Part shown: positions 48,801 to 61,935 of the stretch, piece by piece | How positions within the stretch are numbered: the first letter of the stretch is position 1 | Layout: each line of letters starts with the position of its first letter | NCBI RefSeq assembly: GCF_023055435.1 | Contig: NW_025963779.1 | Span: 85,064,001-85,128,000, forward strand | Origin: Haliotis rufescens | Lineage: Eukaryota | DNA: 64,000 nt | Direction of reading: 5' to 3' | The notes under the pieces: model-generated | Databases searched by the model: none | Told to the model about the DNA's origin: nothing | Seen by the model: the letters and a program-made list of their open reading frames with translations, nothing else | Translations under genes and position numbers: made by a program

Positions 48801-51800
48801 TTTCCCAACATGGGAATCCTTTCATTAGATCATCTGCCATAATATTGCTTGAATATTGCTAAAACCAGCATGAAACCCTACATCTCCCTCTTATCCATGC
48901 ACAGTTTGTGATATTCCTATGTGTCTACATAATATATATATATAAATATATACTTATCTGACATAGAAATCATATTGCACATATTAATATTTCACTTTGG
49001 CCACTTGCCAATAATCCAGGCCTTTGTTAAATAATCCATAGCCCTGTGATATGATGTTGTTAGGCAGGTCAGGATTACGGTATAATCCTGAAACATTGAA
49101 TGATAAGGGACTTTTTTCAGTGCTCAGGGACTGAAAGACGAACATATTTTTTAGAGGGGTGCCAAGTTTATTCAGCCAGTGTTATTTACCCGGGTCGGGT
49201 GGGTTCCAGGAGCAAAGGCTGCCCCAGCAGTCTGAGATATGTAAACACTCGAGTCCTGCCAGTCTAGTAATATTATTCCAACTTATACGATAAGATAAGA
49301 TAAGATTACACTTTATTATCCCGAAGGAAATTTGGGTAACAGAAGCACATGGCCTCAGCTTATTATCCCCCGCCGCGCGAAAGCGCGAAGCGGGGGATAT
49401 AGTATTCACGACCGTCCGTACATCCGTCCGTACGTCCCACCTGTTTGTTGCCGCGATATCTCAAGAACTAAACACTGGATTGTCTTCATATTTGGAACTA
49501 TGGTGTATATACAGACTCCGCAGACACCAGTCGGTTTTGGTGACCTTGACCCCATTTTCAAGGTCACAGCAGGCATATCTGCTTTTGGAGTTGGAAAACG
49601 GTGTTGCCGCGATATCTCAAGAACTAAACACTGGATTGTCTTCATATTTGGAACTATGGTGTATATACAGACTCCGCAGACACCAGTCGGTTTTGGTGAC
49701 CTTGATCCCATTTTCAAGGTCACAGCAGACAAATCTGCTTTTAGAGTTGGAAAACGGTGTTGCCGCGATATCTCAAGAACTAAACACTGGATTGTCTTCA
49801 TATTTGGAACTATGGTGTATATACAGACTCCGCAGACACCAGTCGGTTTTGGTGACCTTGATCCCATTTTCAAGGTCACAGCAGGCAAATCTGCTTTTGG
49901 AGTTGGAAAACGGTGTTGCCGCGATATCTCAAGAAGTAAACACTGGATTGTCTTCATATTTGGAACTATGGTGTATATACAGACACCGCAGACACCAGTC
50001 GGTTTTGGTGACCTTGACCCCATTGTCAAGGTCACAGCAGGCAAATCTGCTTTTGGAGTTAGAAAACGGTGTTGCCGCGATATCTCAAGAACTAATCGCT
50101 GGATTGTCTTCATATTTGGAACTATAGTGTATATACAGACACCGCATACACCTGTCAGATTTGGTGACCTTGACCCCATTTTCAAGGTCACAGCAGGCAA
50201 ATCTGTTTTTGGAGTTGGAAAACGGTGTTGCCACAATATCTCAAGAACTAATCGCTGGATTGTCTTCATATTTGGTAGTATGGTGTACAGGCGGGGGATA
50301 TTTCGTCACTCTGTGACAAATACTTGTTGATTAACACATTCGGTGTACATGTAAATAAAAGCATCACAAACGTAATTAACGTTAAATGTGGCATTAGCGA
50401 ATAGATGCGTTTGTTCTCAACATCGGCAATTGCAGAAGGAGGAAGTTGATACTCCGAATGTAAAATATACATGATATTGTTAAATATTTCACTTGCTTTA
50501 TTTATTAACTATTTGCTGTTCATAAATAGTCAGATTTATGACTGACACCACTCGAATGTTGTGGGACCTGTCTATTGGCAGCCATTCTGTAAAACAATAC
50601 AAAGTTGAAATAATTTAAAGGACAAACATACACAATAACAGTCAAATGTTACGACATAAAGAACATGTACAGATAGAATATATGCACATATATACATGTA
50701 TGTGTATACATGACGTCACACGATGAGTGCATGTGGAATGATGTAATGATGTAACTTCAGCATGCATTTATCATTCACATGGCAGAACAAGCAGCGCCAT
50801 CTGGCGTTCTTTATTTTCAACATTGTCCTTTAGCAGTTTAGTGTCCTTTTTGTACACTGAAGTTTGATAGTACACATTGTTCTATTTTTAAATATGACAT
50901 CTTTTGTTTGCGAGTTGTTAATTGGTATCGTTTCGTATTTTGACTTCATTATTCATATGTTAATAGTGAAATATATTTGTAACATTTTTTGTTCATAACT
51001 TTTGTCCTTTATTTCAACTTTGTAGTTTTTTTACCGAATGGCCGCCCATAACCTGTCTTGTGTCATCCGTGATGTGTTGTGTCTTGTATTGCAGTAGCAT
51101 GATTGGACTCTACTATGGTTCGCTCATCGACAACGGCATGCTGAAGATGCTCAACTTCGTGGGCACCTCATTGTGGGCCACCTACATTTTCGTGTATATC
51201 TTGGTGTCTAAAGTCAAGGTACCATCTCCCCAGTGACACGCTTGTGTTTTATTCTTTTACTCGTCCGACTTAGGGCAAGTTGTTGTTTCTTTGTTGTAGT
51301 GTGACAATGGGATCTTCCTGGACTCAGGAAACTGTGTCATGAAGCACTAAGAGTGTCCCTAGTCTGTAAATAATCAAGACTGGACAAGATAATCCAGTGA
51401 TTGACATCATGAGCATCAATCTATGCAATTGGGGTGACATGCATCCACCAAGCCAGCGAGTCTGACCACCTGATCCTGTTAGTCGCCTCTTACGACAAAC
51501 ATACGTTGTTGAACCTGGTTCTGCATTAGGACTATACATTTATTATTTCTTAGTAACACAAATAACATATATGGAAAAAGTAGGAATTTTCCACAGATGA
51601 ATCTAATTAATATTGATTATACTAGGGCTGGGACGGGTAACTTGGGAACTCGGGTCGGGTGGGTACTGAGTAGGAGCCGGATACCAACAGGACTACCCGG
51701 ACCCATGGTTAGTCACGTGATATGTTGTTTAATGACAAAAAGTTATCTTGAAATCTACAGTTACACTTCAAGTGACTAAAGTTTGCATTTCCTTTTGACT

Positions 51801-54480
51801 ATGCATGCATTCCTCCTGACTTTATATGTATGAGTAAAGATAAAACTTCAGTCAACTTCAGTTTATGCATGATGTGTATCTAAATACATTTTGCCAGGGC
51901 TATGGTCAAACTATTCCCATCTCTTGAGACGTACAGTGGGTATCCGGGTAGGGTCGGGTAATAGGGGGGTGGGTACCCGGGTAGTAATTTTGGACTCGTC
52001 CCAGCCCTAGATTATACATATTTGTAGATCCATATTCTATGATAAATGAGATGCTTAAACGACCAGTAGAATCCACCATTGTTGATGAAGGATGTCATCT
52101 GCTGTCATAAATAGGTTGCTAGTCACTGCCAAGGTGTTCCTTGTTTCAGAGTGAGCCTGTTTCCAAGGTAACGGGTATGTTTGCCCTGTTCCTGTCCCAC
52201 GTGGTGTACCTGGTCTACATCGTGCAGCAACATGACGAGATTGTGGCCCGGCTAGGCAGCATGCTGTTCCTGTGGACTATCGTCTTAGTGTGTCTACCAG
52301 CAATGGAAATAGTGAGTATATGAGTCATTGATTACACGAAGGTCAGGTGAAATGGGGCTGTTGCATTCAAGATTATTGCACTTATGTAGCGTGGAAAACT
52401 GTTCAAAGCAGCGTTGAAACCAACTCACTCACTAACTCATTCCCTTGATACTGAGCGCCAAGCAGGGCAACAAGCACCATCATTTAACATCTTTTTGTAT
52501 GACATGGCCTGGGATCGAAACCATCAACCTTCTGGTTTCCAGGCAGATGCTCTATCACGAGACAGGGAACAAACATGCAATGAAGAGTGAGATGGTTCCT
52601 GTAGTTCAAACAACCTTGAAGTGTCGGTGATGTCTGCCTGATGTATGGTGTCTTGTTTCAGGTGGAGGTTGTGAGACGGAAGAGCTCAGAGGGCGTGTCT
52701 CTCTCGCTACTGATGGGGGGTCTCATGTGCTCCTTCGTCTGGCTCCTCTATGGGTATATGCTGAATGACTTCAACATATACGTGAGTACTGTCAGTAGAG
52801 TTGTAGCCCAAAGAATGTTTGAAATGAAGTGTATTAGAGAGAAGGAGTAAGTTACGCATCTTTGACAAATATGTCTCATTACACAGCTGGGTGTCTCATC
52901 AGGATGTAGCTGGATGTCTCATCACACAGACAGATGTCTCATCACAGTGTAGCTAGATGTCTCATCACAGTGTAGCTAGATGTCTCATCATGGTGTAGCT
53001 AGATGTCTCATCACAGTGTAGCTAGATGTCTATCACAGTGTAGCTAGATGTCTCATTGGGGTGTAGCTAGATGTCTCATCACAGTGTAGCTAGATGTCTC
53101 ATCACGGTGTATCTAGATGTCTCATCATGGTGTAGCTAGATGTCTCATAACAGTGTATCTAGATGTCTCATCACGGTGTAGCTAGATGTCTCATCACAGT
53201 GTAGCTAGATGTCTCATCACGGTGTAGCTAGATGTCTCATCACAGTGTAGCTAGATGTCTCATCACGGTGTAGCTAGATGTCTCATCACGGTGTAGCTAG
53301 ATGTCTCATCACGGTGTAGCTAGATGTCTCATCACGGTGTAGCTGGATGTCTCATCACAGTGTAGCTAGATGTCTCATCACAGTGTAGCTAGATGTCTCA
53401 TCACAGTGTAGCTAGATGTCTCATTACAGTGTAGCAAGATGTCTCATCACAGTGTAGCTAGATGTCTCATCACAGTGTAGCTAGATGTCTCATCACAGTG
53501 TAGCTAGATGTCTCATCACGGTGTAGCTAGATGTCTCATCACAGTGTAGCTAGATGTCTCGTCACAGTGTAGCTAGATGTCTCATCACGGTGTAGCTAGA
53601 TGTCTCATCACGGTGTAGCTAGATGTCTCATTACAGTGTAGCAAGATGTCTCATCACAGTGTAGCTAGATGTCTCATCACGGTGTAGCTAGATGTCTCAT
53701 CACAGTGTAGCTAGATGTCTCATCACAGTGTAACTAGATGTCTCATCACGGTGTAGCTAGATGTCTCATCACAGTGTAGCTAGATGTCTCATCACGGTGT
53801 AGCTAGATGTCTCATCACGGTGTAGCTAGATGTCTCATCACGGTGTAGCTAGATGTCTCATCACAGTGTAGCTAGATGTCTCATCATGGTGTAGCTAGAT
53901 GTCTCATCACGGTGTAGCTAGATGTCTCATCACGGTGTAGCTAGATGTCTCATCACAGTGTAGCTAGATGTCTCATCGGGGTGTAGCTAGATGTCTCATC
54001 GGGGTGTAGCTAGATGTCTCATCACAGTGTAGCTAGATGTCTCATCACGGTGTAGCTGGATGTCTCATCACGGTGTACTGGATGTCTCATCACGGTGTAG
54101 CTAGATGTCTCATCACGGTGTAGCTAGATGTCTCATCACGGTGTAGCTAGATGTCTCATCACGGTGTAGCTAGATGTCTCATCACGGTGTAGCTAGATGT
54201 CTCATCACAGTGTAGCTAGATGTCTCATCACGGTGTAGCTAGATGTCTCATCACGGTGTAGCTAGATGTCTCATCACGGTGTAGCTAGATGTCTCATCAT
54301 GGTGTAGCTAGATGTCTCATCACGGTGTAGCTAGATGTCTCATCACGGTGTAGCTGGTGTATAATGTCTGACATGTTTCATGTGTTTCAGGCCCCCAACA
54401 TTCCCGGGGTCATCATCAACGTCACCCGCCTCGTCTTGTTGATAACATATGGAGATGGTGCCAAGAGCAAGGTTGAGTAA
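42831..54480 (+). CDS. SLC50A1: SWEET1-like sugar transporter (SLC50A1, MtN3/saliva family), 213 aa
   Basis: Exons 42831-42898, 48223-48300, 51095-51218, 52150-52311, 52662-52781, 54391-54480 (642 nt, in phase). Seven hydrophobic segments; KTKDTKHIPF, LYYG, LNFVG, VVRRKSSEGVS, WLLYG and APNIPG MtN3 motifs. Confidence 0.93.
42950..42983. mobile_element. 34-bp TIR-only palindrome with an 8-bp TSD (P-element-like footprint)
   Basis: gtattttt|CAGAGACCATATAATAG A TATTATATGGTCTCTG|gtattttt. Confidence 0.75.
43359..43390. mobile_element. 32-bp TIR-only palindrome with a 7-bp TSD (P-element-like footprint)
   Basis: gtataag|CAGAGACCATATAAT CTATTATATGGTCTCTG|gtataag. Confidence 0.75.
43565..43730 (+). 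mobile_element. tRNA(Asp-like)-headed SINE
   Basis: A box, B box ggttcgaatcc, body gggtacaatgtgtgaagcccattt and CACT tail. Confidence 0.85.
48543..48793 (+). mobile_element. GACCCGTGAAG-family retroelement inserted into a tRNA-SINE
   Basis: TSD aggtttgWttc (48531-48541 and 48794-48804); host SINE halves at 48487-48541 and 48794-48890. Confidence 0.8.
49360..50328 (+). mobile_element. Non-autonomous Helentron-type (HINE / pearl-like) element with a 156-bp tandem core
   Basis: 5' subterminal tatcccccgc with nearby gcgggggata, CCGT microsatellite, 5.4 copies of a 156-bp unit (49446, 49602, 49758, 49914, 50070, 50226), 3' ggcgggggata, hairpin gtcac-tct-gtgac and TT end. Confidence 0.85.
51623..52009. 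mobile_element. hAT-type MITE
   Basis: TIR TAGGGCTGGGACG...CGTCCCAGCCCTA and perfect 8-bp TSD gattatac. Confidence 0.92.
52885..54358. repeat. 23-bp minisatellite (TGTAGCTAGATGTCTCATCACRG)n filling the last SWEET intron
   Basis: About 64 tandem copies, ending about 30 bp before the acceptor at 54390. Confidence 0.97.
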
Positions 54481-54678
54481 CATCCTCAGCATCACTCTCC
54501 CACCCGTGCATAATATAGATGGCTGCTGTGTTTCCTGCCATATGCCTGGAGGTTAACAGGAGCAGTTTGATTTCCAAGCAACAAAGTGTGAAATGTTCTT
54601 ATTATGGGTGTATCGTTATGAGGTATAATGCATTTTAACCATGTGAAGGCATTTTCCCGAGACAAGGGCATTTACTGA

Positions 54679-55127
54679 CTATGAAAGTCCAGTTTCCACC
54701 CTTGCTGAACTAGGCTGCAATTTCCAGGCTTGATTGTAGCGCCACCAGTGGCTATTATGAATTATGTCCCTTCAAGGTTCTTCATTGCTTCAAACATATG
54801 GCGGCGTCCAGTCAAGATGATATGCTCAATAATCAAGGTCTATATTGTAATAAAACAGGTTTTACCCTGCAAAGTGCATCAAATAACGTGAGCACCATGA
54901 TTAAAAATATGAAAGAATTTGCAAAATATCTGTTGACGCCCAGTTGGCAGTACACATGCTTTGCAAATTCTGCATGTTGAAATCAATGTTCCTTACAAAC
55001 TGGATGCCTATTTCGGTAAGCAATTTTGATTGGACTATGCATAGACTCGTCAGTCAGACTCGTCAGTCCAGCCTAAACTCCAGAATTGCAGCCTAGTTCG
55101 GCAAGGGTGGAAACTGGACTTTTATAG
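54679..55127. mobile_element. MITE with about 45-bp TIRs downstream of the SWEET stop codon
   Basis: ctatgaaagtccagtttccacccttgctgaactaggctgcaatt...aattgcagcctagttcggcaagggtggaaactggacttttatag. Confidence 0.8.
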
Positions 55128-56899
55128 ATGTGTGAAGCAAGTGTTTATGAAATGTATGGCCTTGAATGTTTGCACTGATTATTACTCACACCTTCCAGTT
55201 ACAGTTCTTATTTACCGGTCAATTATATGAGACTCTTCAAGTGAGAGGAAGATTTGTAGATGGATTACAAGAAAACAAGGTGCAGGAACTCTTTTCAAAA
55301 CTCATTCGATGTGTTAAATAACAAAGGATGGTGTATGAAAATTGATGTTAGTTTTTACATTCCTGTTTTTGTATTTTGAAACTTTTGGATGAACCCATTA
55401 TCATTATTATTTACCAGCATATTAGCATTATTATATTCACACATTTTATCTGGACACCTGTGTTTGTTTGATATTTTTACTCATTATTTGTTTTAGTTGA
55501 CTCTGGAGGAGAAAATAAAACACAAATAAGTAATAATATACACCAGCAGACATTTCAATTAACATCTTTAAAAGTGTGAGTGTTGTGACTGTTTTTCATA
55601 TGTTGACCGGGGCGGTGGGGGAGCCTTGTGGAAGCCCATTTCTGGAGCTCCTGCCCTGATATTGCTGGAATATTGCTAAAAGCAGCATAAAACCATACTC
55701 ACTCACTCACACACTGACCACATTACATCTCAATAGATATGTTATATAATACCCTGACTGATCTCATTTTGTCTGTTAAATGAAAAGGGTGACCAAACAA
55801 ACCGTGTGGTAGTTTACTGAGGGACAACAGAATTTAAGTTCCATGTTAAGGCAGTGGAGAGTGCACCTGTTCTTGCTAATTGGGAAATCTGTCATAGGTT
55901 CGAGAAATGTTTTTTTGTCAGTCTTTCATATTTCAAGAGTAGGGCCACCCTTGATGATAAACCTGTAATGTGATAGCCTTTGTTATGGTTGTGTCCTTTA
56001 TAATGATCAAAAGATGTGTTTATTAAGTGCAAGAACAAATACTATTTCTCCAAAACTTATTGCTGTTAGCTGCATTCGTATTTGTGCCAAACTGTTATAT
56101 GAACTTATTATATATGATGATGCAGATTAGTTTATTTGAAATGTTTGTTGTTTGACAGTATGTGCAATGTTACTGTTACTGTTCCATTCAAGAAGTGTCT
56201 GGAGTAATATATTGAAACAGAAGTTATCATATAAATATATTCATCACAAGATTCTACTTTTATAACAGGCTGTTGATGATTCTTTCTTATATTGTCAGTA
56301 CATTTCATTCTTGAAATATACAAAAGTTATAGAATGAATAATTTCATTCTAAAATTTAATGAAGCCCACATTGACAAAACTTGTAAACTGTCAAAGGTTT
56401 GACCACCCTTTATGTGTTCAAGGAGCTTGGCAGTAAGTGGTTCAAGGATGAAGACAGTTGTTTGTAAACAGTGTTCTATTTTGTATGACAATGTTCTACT
56501 TTGTATGATTTGGTCTGTGTATAACTGGTCTGTATATTTTTTTTCCTGCTGTTTTAAGGTCTTTTTGTACACAGTTATTGATGGATTATTATCATGGCGT
56601 ATTCTTCATGTAATCTTTTGTATTGGTGGAGAAATATACATCAGAGTTTCTTATACTCTTTATTTTATGCACACCTCACTTAGAATACCTCAGATGCTGC
56701 TGGCCTGTGTATGTGTTGGAATGATGTTTGCTCAAACAGAATTGTGCCGGTATATATGACATTTGTTACTCACAAGATCCATATATTTTGCATTAAACAA
56801 TTGAACCAATTTCTGTTATTTCTTTGATGCATTTATGTTCATGTGGCAACACACAATTTATTTATTTTGTTTAAAATATTATATTCATCTAACTGCAGT

Positions 56900-58118
56900 C
56901 GTCCTTATGACCCAAACAATCAATGGTCTAGTGAGCCCCTATCTAGCATCTAGACCTACTCCTTACGACCCAGTCAACCAATGATCAAGTGAGCCCCTAT
57001 CTAGCATCTGCCTGTGATAGTCCTTACGACTCAGTCAACCAATGGTCAAGTGAGCCCCTATCTAGCATCTGCCTGTGATAGTCCTTGCAACCCAGTCAAC
57101 CAATGGTCTAATGAGCCCCTATCTAGCATCTAGACCTACTCCTTACGACTCAGTCAACCAATGATCAAGTGAGCCCCTATCTAGCATCTGCCTGTGATAG
57201 TCCTTGAAACCCAGTCAATCAATGGTCTAATGAGCCCCTATCTAGCATCTAGACCTACTCCTTACGACTCAGTCAACCAATGGTCAAGTGAGCCCCTATC
57301 TAGCATCTGCCTGTGATAGTCCTTACGACTCAGTCAACCAATGATCAAGTGAGCCCCTATCTAGCATCTGCCTGTGATAGTCCTTACGACTCAGTCAACC
57401 AATGGTCAAGTGAGCCCCTATCTAGCATCTGCCTGTGATAGTCCTTACGACTCAGTCAACCAATGATCAAGTGAGCCCCTATCTAGCATCTGCCTGTGAT
57501 AGTCCTTACGACTCAGTCAACCAATGGTCAAGTGAGCCCCTATCTAGCATCTGCCTGTGATAGTCCTTGCAACCCAGTCAACCAATGGTCTAATGAGCCC
57601 CTATCTAGCATCTAGACCTACTCCTTACGACTCAGTCAACCAATGATCAAGTGAGCCCCTATCTAGCATCTGCCTGTGATAGTCCTTGAAACCCAGTCAA
57701 TCAATGGTTTAATGAGCCCCTATCTAGCATCTAGACCTACTCCTTACGACTCAGTCAACCAATGGTCAAGTGAGCCCCTATCTAGCATCTGCCTGTGATA
57801 GTCCTTGCAACCCAGTCAACCAATGGTCTAATGAGCCCCTATCTAGCATCTAGACCTACTCCTTACGACCTCAGTAAACCAATGATCAAGTGAGCCCCTA
57901 TCTAGCATCTGCCTGTGATAGTCCTTGCAACCCAGTCAACCAATGGTCTAATGAGCCCCTATCTAGCATCTAGACCTACTCCTTACGACCTCAGTCAACC
58001 AATGATCAAGTGAGCCCCTATCTAGCATCTGCCTGTGATAGTCCTTACGACTCAGTCAACCAATGGTCAAGTGAGCCCCTATCTAGCATCTGCCTGTGAT
58101 AGTCCTTACGACCCAGTC
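56900..58118. repeat. 58/61-bp two-variant minisatellite
   Basis: The anchor gagcccctatctagcatct recurs at spacings of 58, 61, 61, 58, 61, 58 and so on; about 20 units. Confidence 0.95.
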
Positions 58119-58581
58119 GTGGACCAATGAAGCTGAAATCTAGAATGGTGTCCCAGCAGTGACCACAACTGATGTCGTGAAAAGGCCTTGAGCCTATATC
58201 CTCATAGCCACTATTGCATCCATATTAAAAGAAAATCCACTGGAAAGATTCTGGGATGAAACAAACTCTTGCACTAACAACAACGCAAACTCTTGAGTGA
58301 GTGAGGGAATGTTCTTTTGTTCCTTACACAGAAATATCACAGCTATATTTAGTTGCCCTGTAAGTGCGGGAGGTTGGTCAAACCCAGATATTACAGCCAG
58401 GTTCACCTAATGGTGAACTGAACAAACTATAGGAATCCAATTGTTCGCAACTGTTATCACCTCTCTGGTTGGGGGGAATATGACAGACAACTCTTCCACT
58501 GAAACAAAACAACTGATTGGCCCTGATGCTGTGTCAGGTGACTTCTTCCCTGTGGCAAACCATGTGACAGAATCACTGCCA

Positions 58582-58735
58582 GGGGCGTCACGGTAGCCCA
58601 GTGGTTAATGCGTTAGCTCGTCATGCAGAAGACCCAGGTTCAATTCCTGACATGGGTACAATGTGTGAATCCTATTTCTAGTGTCCCCCACTGTGTTATT
58701 GCTAAAAGCAGGGTAAAACCAAACTCATTCACTCC
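58582..58735 (+). mobile_element. tRNA(Asp-like)-headed SINE
   Basis: Same family as 61197-61370. Confidence 0.8.
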
Positions 58736-60858
58736 TACTCCCAAATCGACCTGTGACATGATTTGGGTTGCTCTCCTACAATTAACACACTGAGGCAAAG
58801 GATTGTGTGAGGTTATCTTATATGACAGAAATATCCGGGGTCACCCCTACCTGTATACTGATCATTATCTTGTGGGTCATGAATAAAACAGGTTATTAAC
58901 CTACTGTGCAAATCTCTACCAATCTATAAAAGAAGGAAGCTCTGGAGTTCCACAAGCTCTGGAGGCCTGGCCTGGAATCTACTTGATTTGTGTACGTGCA
59001 ACAATTGCATGATGTCCTGTCGTCGTTATTCAATACGCGTGTGTGGTTTATATATACGAGACACCGCACAGCCTGGCCTGCATGTGTAATATATGGGAGA
59101 ATCTATTTAATGGCATCTGACACTATATTGCAATTCAAACTAGACGTAATTGACTATGCCCCACAATTTGAGGCCGAGCCATTGCGACTAATGCGTGTGT
59201 AGCCATGGTAACCATACATAAAAGGTCATTCGGTTCATCGATAGCATAAACTTTTGAGTGAGTGAGTGTGGTTTTACGCCGCCTAAATGAATGCTCCAAC
59301 ACTATCTATCACGACGTCACCACCAGAACTGGACTTCACATATTGTACACGTGAATCGAACCCAGGCATTGGGCGTCACGAGAAAACGCTTCGATAGGTT
59401 ACCAACATAAGATTGAGCAGACGAACAGGTGCTTTAGATTGACGAGTTCCCCTTTAAACCTTAAGTTCGTTTCTCGGGAAAACTGCCATCAGTGGACAAA
59501 TGTTCAATAAAACAGACATTTCAGATTTGGTTTTTCGAAATACTTTCTTAATATGTTTACATGCAGTGTTCATGGGGTGTCTTCCGTCTTGTAGTTTAAC
59601 ATTCTGTACACAGTTTTGTGTGGCAAACAAATCATGTCTGTCTGCAATCGCTGGAATACTAAAATACCAAGAAAAGTGATTGAACATATCCCCTCCCCGC
59701 CTTTCCGGGTGTCTGTTTAGGGTCAGCGGAACCGTATATTAACCCAAACCATAAATCAGCATATTGGACCATATCAACAGTATATCAACTGCCGAAATAT
59801 TCCTGAAATTATGGACGCTAATATAATTTATTAGTAGTACTAGTAACAAGTGCTGAATGCTCCACGGTGTCTCATGAACCTTCTCAATACATACCGGAGA
59901 TAAATTCGTTTAATAATGTGTGTCTTATAGATGTAAATGCATACACAACAACCTTATTGATAGTGATGTCCGTATTTGTAAGTTTGTTTGTTGATCAGGT
60001 GGTCAGATTCGCTGACTTGGTTGATGCACGTCATCGTGTTCCAATTGCGTAGATCGATGCACATGATGTCAATCACTGGATTGTCTGGTCCAGACTCGAT
60101 ATTATATACAATGTTGTATTGATAAGTAATCGAGAAGATACGTTATATCGTCTTACACGATATATCGAGAAAATGGACTTCGAGTTAAATGATGCATAAC
60201 TGTATAAAATAAGCGATCTACCAGGTAAGAAAATACATAGGTCCCCAACAACCTATACCTGTCGAAAGAGGCGATTAAATGTATCGGGTGTAAGGTTCGC
60301 TGACTTGTTTGAGTTCATGTTTTTTTTGCTCATAATGTAAATCTTTGGATTGTCTGACCCAGACAAGATTATTTGCAGACCGCCGTCAATTATAGCGAGA
60401 ATACTGCTGGGTGCGGCGTTAAACAACACTGTATCAGCTATAATGCCACATTAGTATGGAAGACTAGACTCAGTCTACACATAACAAGTGTCGAACCTGT
60501 TAAGGATGGCCCATTAAGGAAATGGCGTTCTGACCCAGACAATCTGGATTTCTGGATGACAGGATATGAGCGAGAACACATGGTCTGGTCATGTGAAAAA
60601 CGTCAATGACAATACAAAAACATTTGTTTTTGGATTATATTTTTGCAATCCAACTTTGACATGTACAGTTCGAACCAGTTTGAGATCACCTAGTAATAAT
60701 ATCAACGTCATTTGAGAAGACCAAATTACCATTTTCTACAACTTCCGCAACAAATACAAAGTTGATCACAATGTTTTAAATTAAATAGGTATATACAAGA
60801 AATCCCGAAACCCATCCAGTAGTTGCGCGCGATTGTTTTGTACGCTTAAACCTGAATT

Positions 60859-61021
60859 AGTGAGTGACTATGGTTTTACGCCGCTTTTAGCAATATTGCA
60901 GCAATATCACGGCGGGGGACACCACAAATGGGCTTCACACATTGTACCCATGTCGGGAATCGAACCCGGGTCTTCGGCGTGACACGCGAACGCTTTAACC
61001 ACTAGGCTACCCGGCCGCCCC
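60859..61021 (-). mobile_element. tRNA(Asp-like)-headed SINE
   Basis: Near-identical to 61197-61370. Confidence 0.9.
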
Positions 61022-61196
61022 TAAACCACGACCGAGTGAAGTATGATCATACCGTATTTCCTCCATTAGACGTTGTGTATAATATGCGACTGGGCTGGTT
61101 GTGTGCCATCGTGTCCCGCCTGCATGGGTCGCTGTCATGCTATCAACCACTGGTTTACCTGAACCAAACACGGCCATATGCTGGTTACAATGATAG

Positions 61197-61370
61197 TGAG
61201 TGAGTTAGTAAGTGAGTATGGTTTTACGCCGCTTTTAGCAATATTCCAGCAATATCACGGCGGGGGACACCGGAAATGGGCTTCACACATTGTACCCATG
61301 TCGGGAATCGAACCCGGGTCTTCGGCGTGACGATCGAACGCTTTAACCACTAGGCTACCCGACCGCCCCC
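61197..61370 (-). mobile_element. tRNA(Asp-like)-headed SINE, young copy
   Basis: TAGCCTAGTGG A box, GGTTCGATTCC B box, TSD tacMatgatag and (CACT)n tail. Confidence 0.92.
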
Positions 61371-61414
61371 TACCATGATAGAGGTGATTGTTGACGTCTG
61401 CGAGTAAAACAACA

Positions 61415-61590
61415 TTCATTCTGTGACAAACGTTATATTTGGGATAACACTTTTTTTGTAAAGTACAGATTCTAGTACCTTTTGGGGTTGAGTCCAATCC
61501 GGGATTCGAACCCACACTACCATATAGTGAGGCACCTAATCGTCAGCACACAAAGTCAGCGATCTAACGCACTCAGCCACCGATGCTTCA
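61415..61590 (-). mobile_element. Ser/Leu-like tRNA-derived SINE
   Basis: Reverse-complement homolog of 5545-5705. Confidence 0.7.
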
Positions 61591-61666
61591 CAAATATGAA
61601 AGTCCGAAAAATTGGTAGTCTGTATCACGTACTGACAGAGGGGTACGCAAAGTACGTGATCTAGGT

Positions 61667-61935
61667 TCCGTGAAGATCTGGGGTAGAATAGGTCTTCAGC
61701 AACCAATGCTTGCTGTAAAAGGTGACTATGCTTGTCGTAAGAGGCGACTAACGGGATCGGGCGGTCAGGCTCGCTGACTTGGTTGATGTATGTCATTGTA
61801 TCTCAATTGCGTGGATCGATGCTCATGATATCAATCACTGGATTGTCTGGTCCGCACTCGATTATTTACAGACCGCCGTCATATTGCTGGAATATTGCTG
61901 AGTGCGGCGTTAAACAACAAACCAACCAACCAACA
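61667..61935 (+). mobile_element. GACCCGTGAAG-family retroelement, near-consensus copy
   Basis: Full body with duplicated cttgtcgtaagaggcgact hairpin and (CAAC)n tail. Confidence 0.88.

Noticed and set aside
49332-50330. 332-aa, 287-aa and 215-aa repeat ORFs
   Set aside because: They arise from the 156-bp tandem core of a non-autonomous element and are open in several frames.
24120-58118. CRISPR-like appearance of the 23-61-bp arrays
   Set aside because: The units are contiguous with no unique spacers, there are no cas genes, and the context is eukaryotic.
43565-61370. tRNA genes
   Set aside because: The tRNA-like heads run into SINE bodies with tails and TSDs and lack a proper acceptor stem.
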